Origin: Chloroflexota bacterium
GTDB lineage: Bacteria > Chloroflexota > Anaerolineae > Anaerolineales > UBA11858
Length of the DNA: 38,585 bases
Assembly: GCA_030666985.1 (NCBI GenBank)
Contig: DAOUWT010000002.1
Coordinates: 1 to 38,585, forward strand
Direction: 5' to 3'
How positions within the stretch are numbered: the stretch's first letter is position 1; each line of letters opens with the position of its first letter. Below the pieces are notes generated by a model. It saw nothing but the letters and a program-made list of their open reading frames with translations. It searched no databases and had not been told where the DNA came from. Positions 16,858 to 25,679 of the stretch are shown one piece after another. A program made the translations under genes and the position numbers.

Positions 16858-18012
16858 CTAAACCACATTATACTCATGTATCAAACGATCTTCTTCGAAA
16901 CGCGCTAAATCCAGCATGGAAACGTCCATGGTTTTGTACGCGCCATCTAAAATAATTTCGGCCATCAATTTTCCAGAGACAGGGCCGTGCATAAAGCCAT
17001 GGCCCGAGAAACCGGCCACCACGTAGAAGCCATCCACCGGCGTGGCCCCATAAATGGGATGGGCGTCGGGGGTCACTTCGTATAAACCAGCCAAGTGCGA
17101 GGCCAGGCCAGCCTTTTGGAGCAAGGGCAGGCGTTTAATGGCCGCTTCCATGTGAACTATTTCCCAATCGGGATCAATGCTTTGCCCAAATCCAATTTCT
17201 TCGTTGGGATTCGACATACCTGTCAACAAGCCCCGTCCTTCGGGGTGAAAATAGAGGGATTGGGCAAAGTCAATCACAAAGGGGAAGTCAGGGGGGAGGT
17301 CCGGGAGGTGAGTGGTGGTGAGCCATTGGCGGCGGAGTGGCTGGATGGGGATGGGTACCCCCGCCAGGTGGGAGACTTTCCCCGCCCAGGGGCCGGCGGC
17401 GTTGACCACGGTGGGGGCGGAAACCTTCCCCTCGGCGGTCTCCACGCCAGCGATTCGCCCGCCCTCCACGAGGATGCCCGTCACCTCCACGCCGGAGATA
17501 GCCGCAGCCCCCAGGCGTTGGGTCGCTCCAATGTAGCCCATCACCACCCCGTTGGGATCCACCACGCCATCTTTAGCGTTGTTGGTGGCCGCGATGACGT
17601 CATCCAGATTCATCACTGGCAAACGCTGCCGAACTTCATCCCCCGTTAACCATTCCGTATCCACACCCAGGCTGTGCTGAAGTTCGACGTTTTTCTCGAA
17701 CACCTCCAGGTCTTCTTCACGGGTCAGCAAAAAGAGATAGCCGACTTGGTGGTAGTCGATGGCCTGACCAAACTCCTCCTTGAAGCGCTCCAGCATGGGG
17801 AGGCTCTCCAGGGAAAGGCGGATGTTGACCTCGGTGCCGAATTGGTAGCGCACTCCCCCGGCGCAGCGTCCGGTAGCGCCCTGGCCGAAGAATTCTTCTT
17901 TTTCTAGGAGGAGGATGTCTTTGACGCCCCGCTCGGCAAGGTGATAAGCGGTGCTGGCGCCCATGACGCCTCCTCCGATGATGATTACGTTAGCTGTTTT
18001 TGGGATGGACAT
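16858..18012 (-). CDS. FAD-dependent oxidoreductase, DAO family (sarcosine oxidase beta / glycine oxidase-like)
   Basis: N-terminal dinucleotide fold 'NVIIIGGGVMGASTAYHLAERG'. The 384-aa length and C-terminal 'GFSGHGFMHGP' are typical of the DAO family. AAGGAG RBS. Confidence 0.85.
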   Translation of the reverse strand: MSIPKTANVIIIGGGVMGASTAYHLAERGVKDILLLEKEEFFGQGATGRCAGGVRYQFGTEVNIRLSLESLPMLERFKEEFGQAIDYHQVGYLFLLTREEDLEVFEKNVELQHSLGVDTEWLTGDEVRQRLPVMNLDDVIAATNNAKDGVVDPNGVVMGYIGATQRLGAAAISGVEVTGILVEGGRIAGVETAEGKVSAPTVVNAAGPWAGKVSHLAGVPIPIQPLRRQWLTTTHLPDLPPDFPFVIDFAQSLYFHPEGRGLLTGMSNPNEEIGFGQSIDPDWEIVHMEAAIKRLPLLQKAGLASHLAGLYEVTPDAHPIYGATPVDGFYVVAGFSGHGFMHGPVSGKLMAEIILDGAYKTMDVSMLDLARFEEDRLIHEYNVV

Positions 18013-18085
18013 GTGGACTCCTTTGGGAATGGTATATTGGAAGAATGGGGATTGGTATATTAGGAAATTAGTAGATTGGTCGGGG

Positions 18086-18238
18086 CTACTAGTGCATCAC
18101 GGCGGAAATTCGTTGAGGGTTGTTTCACTACGCTCGAGCAGGATGGCCACATCCTGCGGGCGGAGTACGGGGAAGTGGCCTTCCCCTCAGAGCAAAGCAG
18201 ATTAACCCTACAAGGACTTCCGCCGTCGTGTACTAGTG
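18086..18238. ncRNA. candidate structured RNA or MITE-like palindromic element (unclassified; strand unknown)
   Basis: A ~20-bp closing helix pairs 18086-18107 with 18218-18238. A second helix pairs 18113-18121 with 18204-18213. A third pairs 18132-18137 with 18187-18193. Two perfect hairpins sit inside: 18138-18157 (GCAGGATG-GCCA-CATCCTGC) and 18169-18186 (GGGGAAG-TGGC-CTTCCCC). There is no convincing ORF. Confidence 0.35.
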
Positions 18239-18323
18239 TGCAGGTATGCAAATGTGCAAGCAGGCTTGGGCAAGCGGCAAGAAGCCTAACCAATATCCCA
18301 ATATCTAATGTCCAGTACCCCAA

Positions 18324-18371
18324 TACAAAAAGAGCGCAGCGAGTGAACTCATTTTATCACCACTGCGCTCT
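18324..18371 (-). terminator. rho-independent terminator downstream of livF
   Basis: Stem AGAGCGCAG (18331-18339) pairs with CTGCGCTCT (18363-18371). A T-run (TTTTTGTATT) follows on the minus strand. Confidence 0.55.
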
Positions 18372-18391
18372 AATTTAGAAAAAGTTGATGT

Positions 18392-19105
18392 CTACTCGAT
18401 GCCAAGATAAGCCTTCTGCACCATTTCGTTGGTTTTGAGATTTTCTGCAGTATCATGCAAAATGATTTCACCAGTTTGTAAAACGTATCCCCTGTCGGCA
18501 ACTGAGAATGCCATGGTGGCGTTCTGCTCAACCAAGAGGATTGTGGTGCCTTCTTTATTGATGGCCTTGATGGTTTCGAAGGTGTCTTCCACCAGGATAG
18601 GAGACAAGCCCATGGAGGGTTCGTCCATTAGCATGAGGCGAGGGTGGGCCATGAGCGCCCGTCCTGTGGCAAGCATTTGCTGCTCGCCTCCTGAAAGCGT
18701 CCCGGCTACTTGTGCCCGCCGCTCTTTCAGGCGCGGGAACAGGTTATAAACTCGCTCTAGGTCTTGCCTTACGCCAGACGCGTCATCCCGTGAGAAAGCG
18801 CCCATGTCCAGGTTTTCGGCCACAGTGAGCCTCGAGAAAACACCGCGCCCTTCTGGTACCATAGCAACACCTTTATAGACCATTTCATGTGCTTTACAGT
18901 TAGCCAGGTCTTCTCCCTCCAAAATGATGCTTCCTTGACGTGGGTCAAGCAATCTACAGATAGAACGCAAAGTGGTGGTTTTCCCGGCCCCATTGGCGCC
19001 AATCAGGGTGACGATCTCGCCTTCTTCAACCTCAAGCGAGATTCCCTGCAAAGCTTGAATGTTTCCGTAGTATGTGTGAAGGTTCTTTACTTCTAACATT
19101 GCCAT
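18392..19105 (-). CDS. livF: branched-chain amino acid ABC transporter ATP-binding protein LivF
   Basis: Walker A 'GANGAGKTT', signature 'LSGGEQQ' and Walker B 'LMLMDEPS'. It is the last gene of the liv operon. Confidence 0.9.
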   Translation of the reverse strand: MAMLEVKNLHTYYGNIQALQGISLEVEEGEIVTLIGANGAGKTTTLRSICRLLDPRQGSIILEGEDLANCKAHEMVYKGVAMVPEGRGVFSRLTVAENLDMGAFSRDDASGVRQDLERVYNLFPRLKERRAQVAGTLSGGEQQMLATGRALMAHPRLMLMDEPSMGLSPILVEDTFETIKAINKEGTTILLVEQNATMAFSVADRGYVLQTGEIILHDTAENLKTNEMVQKAYLGIE

Positions 19106-19117
19106 AAAATCTCTCTC

Positions 19118-19897
19118 CTATAAGACCTCTGAGGACGCGCCGCGACCGAGGTAGGCTTCAATGACCTGCGGATTTCTTTGGATTTCTTCCGGTGTGCCTT
19201 CCGCGATCTTGGTCCCAAAGTCCATCACTCCGATATTTTCACTGATTCCCATGACGACTTTCATATCATGCTCAATGAGCAGAATGGTGATACCCAACTC
19301 ATCACGAAGACGCTGAATGAACCTCATCATCTCGATAGTCTCATTCGGGTTCATACCGGCGGTAGGCTCATCAAGCAAGAGCAGTTTTGGTCTATTGGCG
19401 AGAGCGCGGGCAATTTCTAAACGACGTTGTGCTCCGTAGGGAAGATTAGTAGCCAGTTGGTCACCCAATCCTTGAAGTCCTACAAAATCAAGCAAGTGCA
19501 GAGCCTCTTCTAGGGCTTCTGCTTCTTCTCGCAATACCCGTTTTGTTTGAACAATCGCCTCCATCCAAAAAGTCTTGTAATGCGGGTGACGACCTACAAG
19601 TATGTTCTCGATAGCTGTCATATTGGAAAACAAGCGGATATTTTGATAGGTCCGGGAAACACCCATCCTGGTGATCTGGTCAGTAGATTTCCCGTTCAAA
19701 ACACGTCCCATGAATTTAATTGCTCCGCCATCAGATTCGTAAAATCCGGTAATACAATTAAAGAAAGTCGTTTTCCCAGCCCCGTTAGGGCCTATAACGC
19801 TGTAGATTCTTCCTTCTGGGATATCAAAATCAAATTGGTTAACAGCAACTAAGCCGCCAAATTTCTTGGTTACATCTGTTGTTGATAGTACATGCAT
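19118..19897 (-). CDS. livG: branched-chain amino acid ABC transporter ATP-binding protein LivG
   Basis: Walker A 'GPNGAGKTT', 'LPYGAQRRLEIARAL' and 'LLLLDEPTAGMN'. Confidence 0.9.
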   Translation of the reverse strand: MHVLSTTDVTKKFGGLVAVNQFDFDIPEGRIYSVIGPNGAGKTTFFNCITGFYESDGGAIKFMGRVLNGKSTDQITRMGVSRTYQNIRLFSNMTAIENILVGRHPHYKTFWMEAIVQTKRVLREEAEALEEALHLLDFVGLQGLGDQLATNLPYGAQRRLEIARALANRPKLLLLDEPTAGMNPNETIEMMRFIQRLRDELGITILLIEHDMKVVMGISENIGVMDFGTKIAEGTPEEIQRNPQVIEAYLGRGASSEVL

Positions 19898-19919
19898 AGG
19901 ATTATCCTCTCAATAATTA

Positions 19920-21587
19920 TTAATCGCTGCTGACTGGCTCAGGCTCTTCGTGAGCATGAAGCTCGCGCTTGATGATCTCAGACGGCCAGAATCCCTCCGG
20001 TTTGGCAAGCATCATGACAATGAGAAGAGCACCATATATCAACATCCGGTGTTCCGCGAATTCGCGCAGCAACTCAGGGAGACCTACCAGAATCAGCGCA
20101 CCAACCACAACCCCTGGCAAACTTCCCAGACCGCCTACAATGATCAGGGAAAGCACGTTAATAGACACGATCAGGTTAAAACTATGGGGGAATATAGAGG
20201 TCAACTTACTGGCAAAAATAGCTCCCGCCAAACCTCCGAAGAACGCGCCGCTAGCAAAAGCCATCAATTTGGTACTCACCAGATTGATACCCATAGCTTC
20301 AGCGACATCTTCGTCGTCACGCATGGCCATCCATTGCCTTCCCAAGCGAGAGTCGCGCAGCCGCCATGAGATAAAGGCGGCCAGCAGCACTCCAAGGAGG
20401 ACAATATAGAAAAGGGATTCAGGCTGGATAAACTCAAATCCCATAATACTCGGTTTGGGGATCTGAAGGATTCCCTGCGCCCCACCAATATAGGGTTTTA
20501 ACATGTCAGAGAGAGCCAAGATACGAATGATCTCGCCAAAACCCAAGGTCACAATAGCCAGATAGTCACCGCGCATACCGAGAACCGGAATGCCCAGAAC
20601 AACTCCCGCCAAAGTAGACGCTAGCACTGAGAAGGGCAGAGCGGTCCAGAAGGTAAGACCAAGGCCTAGATGACCCTCTGAGGTCAAGACACCCATAGCA
20701 AAAGCGCCAATGGCAAAGAAAGCCACGAACCCAAGGTCAAGCAAACCGGCAAAGCCAACCACAATGTTCAACCCCAAACCCATGATCACGTAAAGACCAA
20801 CGTTATTGGCAACTTCTGTCAAATAAGTTCCCAGGATCAAAGGAGAAACCAACAAAAGAAGAATGCCTAATCCTATTCTTATTTTTGTCATCTTTTGCAG
20901 CTTTTTGATATCCTCGACTGTCTCTTCTTTTTTAGGGGCACGGGTATCCAGCCAATAAGTAATCCCAGCAGCAAGCACAAAGATGATCAAGGCTGCTATA
21001 GGGTTGAGGGCTTTTCCTGCAAAAATAAGCTTAACCACCCCGCGCCCAAAAAATGCCCGTACTCTTCCCAAAAGGATTTCAGAAAAGGTGCCTGCAATAA
21101 GCATCCAGCCTAAACCAGTAATGAGAGGATGTTGAAAGCGGTCAGGCAAAGTATGCAAACCCGCCGCGAGTAATCCAAGAATGCCCGTAACGACTACCAG
21201 GATCAGGCTGCCGACAGTCAAACCCTGGCCAAAAGTCAACAGTGAGATAAGGGAGGGGGAGACATTCGGCAAAAACTGGCGGATATCGAACGAGGTCGCC
21301 AAAATGGCCAAAACAACCAGCGGCAAGGCGGCAATCACGCCAATCAAAAAACCATATCCTAAAGCCTTGTTTTTTTCATCCGCCGAGACTTTGCCCGCCG
21401 AGACAAACGCCATCCCAAAAGGAGCCGCCAACATGAAAATATGTCCCAGGGTAAACATTCCGGCAACTAATTCACGGGTCCCAAGAAGATCAATAAAACC
21501 TATCACACTTAGGCTAAGCACAATTACGCCAGCTAAGAGTCCAAATTTGATAACATCTCGAATTTCAATAGATTTAGTAATAGTCAT
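19920..21587 (-). CDS. livM: branched-chain amino acid ABC transporter permease LivM with extended N-terminal membrane domain
   Basis: Polytopic membrane protein. The C-terminal ~320 aa are LivM-like ('GLNIVVGFAGLLDLGFVAFFAIGA'). I chose ATG 21587 (MTITKS) because AAGG lies upstream and it avoids a 29-nt overlap with livH. The ORF track start is 21626. Confidence 0.85.
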   Translation of the reverse strand: MTITKSIEIRDVIKFGLLAGVIVLSLSVIGFIDLLGTRELVAGMFTLGHIFMLAAPFGMAFVSAGKVSADEKNKALGYGFLIGVIAALPLVVLAILATSFDIRQFLPNVSPSLISLLTFGQGLTVGSLILVVVTGILGLLAAGLHTLPDRFQHPLITGLGWMLIAGTFSEILLGRVRAFFGRGVVKLIFAGKALNPIAALIIFVLAAGITYWLDTRAPKKEETVEDIKKLQKMTKIRIGLGILLLLVSPLILGTYLTEVANNVGLYVIMGLGLNIVVGFAGLLDLGFVAFFAIGAFAMGVLTSEGHLGLGLTFWTALPFSVLASTLAGVVLGIPVLGMRGDYLAIVTLGFGEIIRILALSDMLKPYIGGAQGILQIPKPSIMGFEFIQPESLFYIVLLGVLLAAFISWRLRDSRLGRQWMAMRDDEDVAEAMGINLVSTKLMAFASGAFFGGLAGAIFASKLTSIFPHSFNLIVSINVLSLIIVGGLGSLPGVVVGALILVGLPELLREFAEHRMLIYGALLIVMMLAKPEGFWPSEIIKRELHAHEEPEPVSSD

Positions 21588-21597
21588 GATAGATACC

Positions 21598-22659
21598 TTA
21601 TGCTTTCTCCACAGCCAATCGTTCACCCAAGATGCCTTGAGGCCGGAAGATCAACACTAAAACGAGCAGAGTAAAGGCGATCACATCTTTCAGTTGATGC
21701 GGAGCGGGGATACCCAAGCCTTCTAGGAAAAGGCCGGGACCTACAGACTCGAACATTCCCAACAAGAAGCCTCCCAAGGCCGCCCCGGGAACGCTCCCAA
21801 TCCCACCCAAAACTGCGGCAGTAAAAGCCTTGATACCCGGGATGAAGCCCATGAAAAAGTGCACCTGGCGGAAGACCAACGCAAATAATACTCCAGCGAT
21901 GCCTGCCATAGCAGACCCCATGGCAAAGGTGATGGCAACAGCTCGGTCAACGTTAATCCCCATCAATGCGGCTACGTCTTTGTTCTCAGCCACAGCTCGG
22001 ATTGATTTCCCCACCTTGGTCTTCATAATAAAGAAATAAAGCCCAATCAGCATCAAGACCGCGGCAATGATGACTATAATATGAGATTTAAGAATCGGGA
22101 TTCCCAAAATAGACGCTTTACCAGCCAGAGCCTCAAATTGAGGGAATGACTTCACTTCCGAGCCATACAATCCCCGGAAGAAGTATTGCCAAAAGAAAGA
22201 AGCCCCAATGGCAGTGATAAGTGGAACAAGACGGGGGGCTTTTCTCAAGGGGCGGTAGGCAACGCGCTCGGTTAGTAGGGCAATGCCTACAGAGACCAAT
22301 ATGGCCGTAACAGCTATCAGCGAAATACTAATGACGGGATGCGCATCCAAAAAGCCTGACGCTTTCATCGGCTGGGCTAAAAAGATAGTAGCCGTTATGA
22401 TCCCAGACATAAAAAACTCGCCATGAGCGAAGTTGATCATGAAAAGCACACCGTAGACCAGGGTATATCCGATGGCGATAAGAGCATAGAGACTGCCCTG
22501 GGCAATACCGGCGACGACCGTCTCCACCCATGTTTGAGCGGGGTAAGGGTTTTCGATAAGTGTAGCGACTGTCCCCCAAATAACAACAAAAATAATAATT
22601 GCGCCTAACGCCCATAGCGCGATGTCGAGAAAACTAATATTTTGGAGGCGTTGCAACAT
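21598..22659 (-). CDS. livH: branched-chain amino acid ABC transporter permease LivH
   Basis: 353-aa polytopic protein with 'GYTLVYGVLFMINFAHGEFFM', typical of LivH. GAGGAGA RBS. Confidence 0.9.
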   Translation of the reverse strand: MLQRLQNISFLDIALWALGAIIIFVVIWGTVATLIENPYPAQTWVETVVAGIAQGSLYALIAIGYTLVYGVLFMINFAHGEFFMSGIITATIFLAQPMKASGFLDAHPVISISLIAVTAILVSVGIALLTERVAYRPLRKAPRLVPLITAIGASFFWQYFFRGLYGSEVKSFPQFEALAGKASILGIPILKSHIIVIIAAVLMLIGLYFFIMKTKVGKSIRAVAENKDVAALMGINVDRAVAITFAMGSAMAGIAGVLFALVFRQVHFFMGFIPGIKAFTAAVLGGIGSVPGAALGGFLLGMFESVGPGLFLEGLGIPAPHQLKDVIAFTLLVLVLIFRPQGILGERLAVEKA

Positions 22660-22756
22660 AGATTATCTCCTCTTCTCATTAAGGGGATGGGTTCAAATTA
22701 GAAATATGAACCCATCCCCGTCAAAATAGTCTATATGTTAGTTAGCGCTAGAAAAA

Positions 22757-23959
22757 CTAGGGCCAAATAGGTGTGTACTCGCCACCAGTGAGCTGAGATA
22801 CAGAAATCTTTGGATCGGCGCAGTCGCCATATTCATCGCAGGTCAACGTGCCGGTGATGCCCTCGAAACCAGAGGTGGCATACAGGCAGGTGCGCATGTC
22901 TTGGCGGCCAATGTGGATGGTGTCGCCATCTTGAACGGCAACTTCCTCAATGCAGGCAAAGATCATGTTGGCAGCATCAAAGGAGTGCGCGTGGAAAACA
23001 GAGATTGGCTCAGAGCCGTAATCCTCAATGTACTTGGCAATGAAGTCCTCATACACCCCGCCAGAGAAGGAGAGGTCGGGGCCGGAGAAGTACATGCCTT
23101 CGCCAGCTTCGCCAACTGCCTCAGCGGCTGCGGAAGAGATCATGCCATCAGCCGCAGACAAAATGGTGTCCTCTAAACCAGAGACCTCTTTGGCCTGTTT
23201 GGTCAGGAATCCACCTTCGGCGGTGAAGACCGGGTAGTACAAGAATTCTGGTGGTCCAGCAGCGGCAACAGCAGCAAGCACAGGACGCATGTCGGTGTCA
23301 CCCTTGTTAACAGCGGTGAACTCAACAATGGTTCCGCCCATAGCCTCGAACTCGTCTGCGAATACACGGGCCAATCCCTCAGTATAGGGGTCGCCATCGT
23401 GAATGGCAGCGGCTGTGGTCACGCCCAACTCGTTGAGAGCGAACTCGGCCATAGCTTTCCCCTGCACCTTGTCATTATGAGCGGTGCGCAGGTAGCCAGG
23501 ATTCCAAGCTTCGTCAGGACTGGTCAGGGAGGGGGCTGTGTTCGAGGGGGAAACCATCGCGTAGCCAGCATCAGAGATAACCTTAGACATAGGAACGCCA
23601 GCGCCGGAGCAGCTTGTGCCTACCACACCAATGATGGTGGGGTCAGAAACGATCTTTTGGCCAGCGGCCTGCCCACCCTCAGCGGAGCAACCATCATCCT
23701 CGGCCTGAAGTTCAATCTCATGGCCTAGAACCGTTTCCTTGAAAGCAATAGCGATTTCCACGCCATACTGAGAGTCGGTGCCCAGGTCAGTGTTAGGGCC
23801 AGAGATTACCAGCGCAGAAGCGATGCGAATTGGCTCATCGGGGCCATAGGTCACGCAGCCAATCTCATCTTCACATTCGAACTTTGAGCCGCCACAGGCT
23901 GATAGAGCCAAAACGGCCAACAACAACAAACTTAGGATAACAAAGAGTTTCTTCTTCAT
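22757..23959 (-). CDS. livJ: branched-chain amino acid ABC transporter substrate-binding lipoprotein
   Basis: Lipobox 'LALSACGG'. The 400-aa type-I periplasmic-binding-protein-like sequence is the first gene of the liv operon. AAGGAGGAAG RBS. Confidence 0.87.
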   Translation of the reverse strand: MKKKLFVILSLLLLAVLALSACGGSKFECEDEIGCVTYGPDEPIRIASALVISGPNTDLGTDSQYGVEIAIAFKETVLGHEIELQAEDDGCSAEGGQAAGQKIVSDPTIIGVVGTSCSGAGVPMSKVISDAGYAMVSPSNTAPSLTSPDEAWNPGYLRTAHNDKVQGKAMAEFALNELGVTTAAAIHDGDPYTEGLARVFADEFEAMGGTIVEFTAVNKGDTDMRPVLAAVAAAGPPEFLYYPVFTAEGGFLTKQAKEVSGLEDTILSAADGMISSAAAEAVGEAGEGMYFSGPDLSFSGGVYEDFIAKYIEDYGSEPISVFHAHSFDAANMIFACIEEVAVQDGDTIHIGRQDMRTCLYATSGFEGITGTLTCDEYGDCADPKISVSQLTGGEYTPIWP

Positions 23960-24358
23960 ACTTCCTCCTTAACGGAATTTTGATTGTAATAAAAGTAGGG
24001 ACGATTTAGACAATGACAAGAAACGGGTTTGATATAAACCTCCTTTGGTAACTAGTACTCCGAAAAACAAAATGCAAGTATCGGCAAAACTCTAGTATAA
24101 ACTCTATCCACACTCGACAAGCCGTGAAGCAAGTTGAGGAGATACAGTTTAGTATTAATGTTGCCTAAATAAATATCGCATATTGTTTTTTTAGGGGGAA
24201 ACAGGGGGGTTCGAAACAGAAAATAGCCAACTTGAAATCAAGCATACCATTTCCTGACAAAGGAGTATATCATATTTTGTCGATATATCAAGCGTATGGC
24301 ATACAGTTTCATATCATTTTCGAGTGTTTTTGCCAAAATCACGGTCAAAAAGGGGGCA

Positions 24359-24402
24359 GGGAGAAATCTTTACCATCTAAAGTGACGAGAAAGATTTCTC
24401 CC
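24359..24402 (-). terminator. possible terminator hairpin downstream of the dehydrogenase gene
   Basis: Perfect 13-bp inverted repeat GGGAGAAATCTTT (24359-24371) / AAAGATTTCTCCC (24390-24402). The T-run on the minus strand starts 7 nt after the stem, so this is a weak call. Confidence 0.35.
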
Positions 24403-24456
24403 TTGCCGCAAGCACGCAAAGCGGGTCGAAATGACACTTGAGCAGTTACGAAAAAA

Positions 24457-25416
24457 CTACTCTATCGATAATAACACTTTGAAAACACCCCGTTCACTTG
24501 CTTTCTTAAAGGCTTCTAGTCCATCTGCAAGGGGATAGACGTGATCAATGAGAAGAGTAGGGTCAACCAATCTTTTCTTTAACAGGCGGATGGCGGGAGC
24601 GAATGGGCCGCAGCGGGAGCCTACCAGCCTGATTTCGTCGACCACCAAGGCGGAGGCGTCGAAATCCAGGTTGCCGGCGTAGGTGCTTTTGAGCACCAAA
24701 GTTCCCCGGGGGCGGAGGACCCGGCGGGCAAGGTTGAACCCCCCGGGGGCGCCGGTGGCGTCTATTACGATGTCCATGCTGCCCTCGGGGGCAGCGTCTT
24801 CGGGGAGGGCCGCAATGCCGCGCTGCGCCAATGCTTCACGCTGACGCTCGTGGCGGGCAACCACGCTCAGATCCGCGCCGGTCAGGGATAAGGCTTGGGA
24901 GATGAGCTGCCCCAACCGTCCCGCGCCCACCACCAGGACGCGATCCGTGGGATGAACGTGTACCTGTTCCAAAATCTCCAGGGCCGCCGCCAGGGGTTCG
25001 GTGAAGACGGCTTCCTCATCCGCTACCTCTCCCGGCACGAGATGCAAGTTCTCCACGGGGAGGGTGAAGTAGTCGGCGAAAACGCCGTCCCGGCCGGCTA
25101 TCCCCAGGACAGTGCGCTCCCGGCAGTGGCTGGGACGCCCCCCCAGGCAAGAGTCACACCCCCCACAGGTGGCGTTTATCTCCCCCACCACGCGCTCCCC
25201 CACCAGGTGCGGGGCCGCGTCCGCTTCTACCACTTCTCCCACAAATTCATGCCCCAAGACACCGGCGTAGGGATAGTAGCCGCGCAGCAACTCCAGGTCT
25301 GTGCTGCAAATCCCGGCCAAGCGGGTGCGGATGAGGGCTTCGCCGGGGGATGGCTGAGGGATGGGTAAATCTGTCCGGTAAGTGAGCTTTTGGTCTTCGA
25401 GCCATAAAGCGCGCAT
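24457..25416 (-). CDS. zinc-dependent medium-chain dehydrogenase/reductase (alcohol/threonine dehydrogenase-like)
   Basis: 'GICSTDLE', 'GHEFVGEV', the structural-zinc cluster 'CGGCDSCLGGRPSHC' and the NAD fold 'VLVVGAGRLGQL'. I placed the start at ATG 25416 (MRALWLE), which has GGAGA upstream. The 24 extra codons in the ORF track translate a heptamer array. Confidence 0.85.
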   Translation of the reverse strand: MRALWLEDQKLTYRTDLPIPQPSPGEALIRTRLAGICSTDLELLRGYYPYAGVLGHEFVGEVVEADAAPHLVGERVVGEINATCGGCDSCLGGRPSHCRERTVLGIAGRDGVFADYFTLPVENLHLVPGEVADEEAVFTEPLAAALEILEQVHVHPTDRVLVVGAGRLGQLISQALSLTGADLSVVARHERQREALAQRGIAALPEDAAPEGSMDIVIDATGAPGGFNLARRVLRPRGTLVLKSTYAGNLDFDASALVVDEIRLVGSRCGPFAPAIRLLKKRLVDPTLLIDHVYPLADGLEAFKKASERGVFKVLLSIE

Positions 25417-25429
25417 GGAATTGTCTCCA

Positions 25430-25510
25430 GTGAAACGTGAGGCGTGAAGCGTGAGGCGTGAAACGTGTTGCGTGAGGTCACGTTTCACGTTTTACTCTTC
25501 GCGTCTTCAC
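25430..25510. repeat. heptamer array followed by its inverted copy
   Basis: GTGAAAC GTGAGGC GTGAAGC GTGAGGC GTGAAAC GTGTTGC GTGAGGT, then CACGTTTCACGTTTTACTCTTCGCGTCTTCAC. A further CAACGCA/ACACGCA array lies at 25631-25667. Confidence 0.9.
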
Positions 25511-25679
25511 AGGTTGATAGGTTGGTTGAACCAGTATACCAGTTTCTCGATTTTCCAGGATACTAATATATATAAATTGCCAAAAAGCCTGCCAGGTATT
25601 AGAATGAAGACCGAAGGCGCACCCAGTGAGCAACGCAACACGCAGCACGCAACACGCGACACGCAACAAAGGAGTACAC

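Noticed and set aside
18086-18238. Glycine riboswitch (or another known riboswitch) upstream of the DAO-family oxidoreductase
   Set aside because: Neither strand shows the glycine-aptamer core as I remember it (CTCTGGAGAG...ACCGAAGGGGCAA), nor SRP, tmRNA or RNase P hallmark motifs. I kept it only as an unclassified structured element.
24195-24215. tRNA-like T-arm ('GGGGGGTTCGAAAC')
   Set aside because: There is no acceptor stem, anticodon arm or proper GGTTCGAATCC T-loop context. No cloverleaf can be drawn.
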